NCBI RefSeq assembly: GCF_001194135.2 | Contig: NC_068998.1 | Coordinates: 38,673,290 to 38,737,289 of the forward strand | Length of the DNA stretch: 64,000 nucleotides | Direction: 5' to 3' | DNA from: Octopus bimaculoides | Taxonomy: Eukaryota | Shown here: piece by piece, positions 60,864-64,000 of the stretch | How positions within the stretch are numbered: position 1 is the stretch's first letter | Layout of the letters: each line of letters begins with the position of its first letter | Made by a program: the position numbers and the translations under genes | Notes under the pieces: model-generated | Told to the model about the DNA's origin: nothing | Seen by the model: only the letters and a program-made list of their open reading frames with translations | Databases searched by the model: none

Positions 60864-61470
60864 GGCTAGATAGATAAAGAAAGCAAGTGATATGGTGTTA
60901 AGAGGGAAAGAAAGAGACAAGAGAAAGTTGAGGAAAGAATCTCAAGTGAGAGAAATGTACGCAGAGGAAGTTGAGAGAAAATAGAAAAAGGGAGGAATGA
61001 GTATAAAAAAAGAAAGAAGAAAAAGAAAGATAAAAGGGAAAGCTTGTGATATATATGAAAGAGAAAGCGGAAGACGGAATTAGTGATAGAGAAGATATGA
61101 AATAAAAAGAGGCACACACAGTTAAAAGTATATATAGGAGTAGAGAGAAGAAAGTGAAACGGGGCGAAGATTAGAAGAGATGAAAAGAAGTCGGTACCAG
61201 TGGTGTGAAAGGAAGGAGAGAAATAGAGAGGATGTGGTGAGAGGGGGGGGGGAGAAATGGTAGAGTTGATAGAGAGAGAGAGAGAGGCAGGGAGAGAAAG
61301 TGGGAGAAAGGGAAAAAATATTAAAATAAGTAAAATTATTAGTGAGGGTGCGATACCCTTTTTAAAAAGTAGAAATTGAGACAGAGAGAAAAGCGGGATA
61401 GATAGATAGATAGATATAGATAGACAGATAGATAGATAGATATAGATAGATAGATAGATAGATTGATATG

Positions 61471-61503
<33 letters not shown>

Positions 61504-61964
61504 ATAGAGGGAGTTTTTTTCACATACCCATCAAAACAACGAGAATAAGATGAATTTAATAAGTGGAGACGGGGACCCCCGACAAAGGAAGTAAGGTTTG
61601 AGGAAACGGGGTCAACAAGGGACACAAATCAAGGTACGCACTGACTCGCCTGACGTTCACGGGGTGGAAAAATAAATGGATAAATAAATAAATAAATAAT
61701 AAATGAAAGGAAGGAAGGGGGTGAAGAGAAGGGCGAGGGAGGAGGGAGTAAATTAAGTATCTGAGTGTGTGTGTGTGATGGAGGCTGGAGGTTGGAGACA
61801 GGCTGGGGTGTTCAGTTCTAGATTTGTCCCGTAAGGCAAGGGGCAACTGACTTTAAAAAGTATCATATCAGTACGGTAGTGTATTAATTGGTGGTGATGG
61901 TCTTGGAGTACATGGTGGCGGTGGCGGCGGTGGTGGTAGTGGTGGTGGTGTCGGCCTCGTTATT

Positions 61965-62335
61965 GGTCAGCCTCAGATCAAGTCTTGATCGAAAGCTGTG
62001 AACCATCTCGTTTCTTTCTTACATTCGGACGGACACAGTGTATCTAGGGCTACATTATTAATTATGGTCCTTTTCCCCATTTTTAAGACAAGAATGCGTT
62101 TGGATTATGAGAGACATTTAACAGCCACTTTCTAACCAAGTCGAGCGACTCGTGGTGGTAAAAGAACTCGTTTAACCCTAGATCACACTTGGTACCTCCG
62201 AACTTGTGATCAAAAGTGTTCCAGCCATGACCAAACAGTCTTATTTTCCCAGACAGCGTTTCTAACATTACATTATCCATTGTTTCTTTTGAGACGGTAG
62301 AGTATTTGGCTGCTATTTCTAGCAGATCGAGCCTC
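61965..62335 (-). mobile_element. Unclassified repeat family F, two tandem partial copies
   Basis: GATCAAAAGTGTTCCAGCCATGACC and TTTGGCTGCTATTTCTAGCAG; related pieces at ~25295, ~35240 and ~49160. Confidence 0.55.
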
Positions 62336-62339
62336 GTTG

Positions 62340-63070
62340 GTTCACAGTGGTAACAGTATTGGCGCTAGTAGCGATAGTAAAGGTACTGGTATTGGTATTG
62401 GTACTAACAGCGATGTTAGTTGTAGTATTGGTGTTGGTATTACTATTGCTGTGGTAGCAGATGTTCTTGTGGTTGTAGTATTGGCGTTGGTGGTTGCAGT
62501 AGTGTTGATGGTAGAGCTGGTATTAGTAGCACTAGTGTTGGTTGCAGTTTTTGTGGCAGTATTGGCGATAGTTTAAGTGGTAGTCCTGAGGTTGGTCGTT
62601 GTGTGAATGGTAACGTTGGCGTTAGTGTCGGTAGTAGTGGCCGTGGTAGTGAATGTAGATAATAGTGTTGATGTTGTGTTGGTTGTAGCGTTGGTGGTAG
62701 TATTTAGTGGTGGCAGTGGTGAAAAATAGTAACAACTGTAGTGTTGATGTACTATTGTAGTGCAGCAAAGCGGTATTAATGGTGGTGGCGGTGGTGGTGG
62801 TGGTATGGGTTGTAGCATTGGTGGAGAGGGTGGCGACTGTCGTGCTAGTTGTACTATTCTAGTGCAGGGAGATATCAGTAGTGGAGGTGGAGGTGGTGTT
62901 GCTGGTATAATACGGTACGTTGTGATTTGGCTGCTATTCCTAGCTGCTCGTGTGACCACCTAGAAATCTCCTTTATTGGTGCATGTGTATGTGTGACGGT
63001 TAGTGGTAGTGGTGAGGGTGATAGCAATGTTAATTTGATGTTGCTGTTGTTGTTGGTGGTGGTAGTGGTA
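62340..63070. repeat. Cryptic (GGT/GTA/GTT)n trinucleotide low-complexity tract
   Basis: Direct reading. Confidence 0.8.
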
Positions 63071-63261
63071 CTCCACCCCTCTCTCTTTCTCTTGTTCTCT
63101 CTCTCTCAAACTCTTGTTCTCTCTCTCTCTCTTTCTCTCCCTTGTTCTCTCTCTCTCAAATTCTCTTTTCTCTTTGTTGGCTCTTTCTGTATTTTTCTTT
63201 CCCCCCTCTATCTCACCTTTTCTCTCATGCTATTTATCACCCCTTTCTAAAAATTCACCTT

Positions 63262-63292
<31 letters not shown>

Positions 63293-63665
63293 TCATACAC
63301 ATTTTTTTTTCTCTTTTAACTGTTTTATCTTTGAATTCCATTATTTCTATGTTACAACATGGTGGGATGGGTTTTGCAGATTTAAAACATTTGCATAATT
63401 CAATAGTGAAGTAGAAATGGAACCTGTATATCAGCCAAGCATACTGAGTGTAGAGTGTAACAGAACCATGTATTGTTGTCTACAGATGGTGCTACACAAT
63501 AACTTTGACAGCAATGTTTCAATTCCTGCTTTTGTGCCAACCACTAACGTTTCCATTCTATGACAAGAGTGGAGCCAGTTGTTAGCTGAACATGTGTTAA
63601 AGTTTCATTTCTTTAGCTTGTATTTCAAATTTTCATGGTTGAGAAACTCACATTGCCACCATGTA

Positions 63666-64000
63666 GGCGCAGGAGTGGCTGTGTGGTAAGTAGCTTGCTT
63701 ACCAACCACATGTTTCTGGGTTCAGTCCCACTGTGTGGCACCTTGGGCGAGTGTCTTCTACTATAGCCTCGGGCTGACCAAAGCCTTGTGAGTGGATTTG
63801 GTAGACGGAAACTGAAAGAAGCCCGTCGTATATATGTATATATATATATATATATGTATATGTGTGTGTGTCTGTGTTTGTCCCCCTACCATCGCTTGAC
63901 AACCGATGGTGGTGTGTTTACATCCCCGTAACTTAGTGGTTTGGCAAATGAGAATGATAGAATAAGTACTAGGCTTACAAAGAATAAATCCTGGGATCGA
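63666..64000 (+). mobile_element. SINE family A, cut by the window end
   Basis: Head, CORE-like segment, internal SSR and most of the 3' half. Confidence 0.93.

Noticed and set aside
62340-62959. Thr-rich mucin-like coding region on the minus strand
   Set aside because: Cryptic trinucleotide repeat with an in-frame stop and no splice context; the same composition recurs non-coding elsewhere (54080-54450, 61900-61950).
63486-63563. Possible terminal exon after TTGTTGTCTACAG (MVLHNNFDSNVSIPAFVPTTNVSIL*)
   Set aside because: Only 25 codons, weak polypyrimidine tract, no recognisable homology and no partner exons.

Overview
Eukaryotic, AT-rich, gap-riddled draft-genome window (20 N-runs) with no supportable host protein-coding exon, true tRNA/rRNA gene or CRISPR array. 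The repeat families resemble those I associate with octopus (coleoid cephalopod) assemblies; that species call is recognition, not a search result. The window is a transposon graveyard. It holds about 40 copies or fragments of at least three tRNA-headed SINE-like families (my labels A, B/B2, C), a V-domain-like (GAT)n-tailed element (D) and an unclassified (AAC)n-tailed repeat (F). It also holds several 3' ends of restriction-like-endonuclease (R4/Dong-type) non-LTR retrotransposons, a decayed ~2.4 kb Penelope-like ORF (RT + GIY-YIG), relics of maT/mariner, Tc1 and Merlin transposases, two hAT elements with 8-bp TSDs, and mariner and Tigger-like MITEs. Abundant micro/minisatellites and a multi-kb strand-asymmetric purine tract fill the rest. 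Almost all ORFs in the supplied track are microsatellite or N-gap artefacts. The most notable signals: three copies of a minimal hammerhead-like fold with a non-canonical core in Penelope-type termini; a TIR-bounded Merlin derivative carrying a higher-order 79/158-bp subterminal array; RLE-LINE ends and a ~100-bp element repeatedly embedded in (CATA)n; and a 7-unit nuclear-receptor DR2 half-site array inside a MITE-like inverted repeat. All translations and coordinates were read by eye; element boundaries are approximate unless TIR/TSD positions are given.
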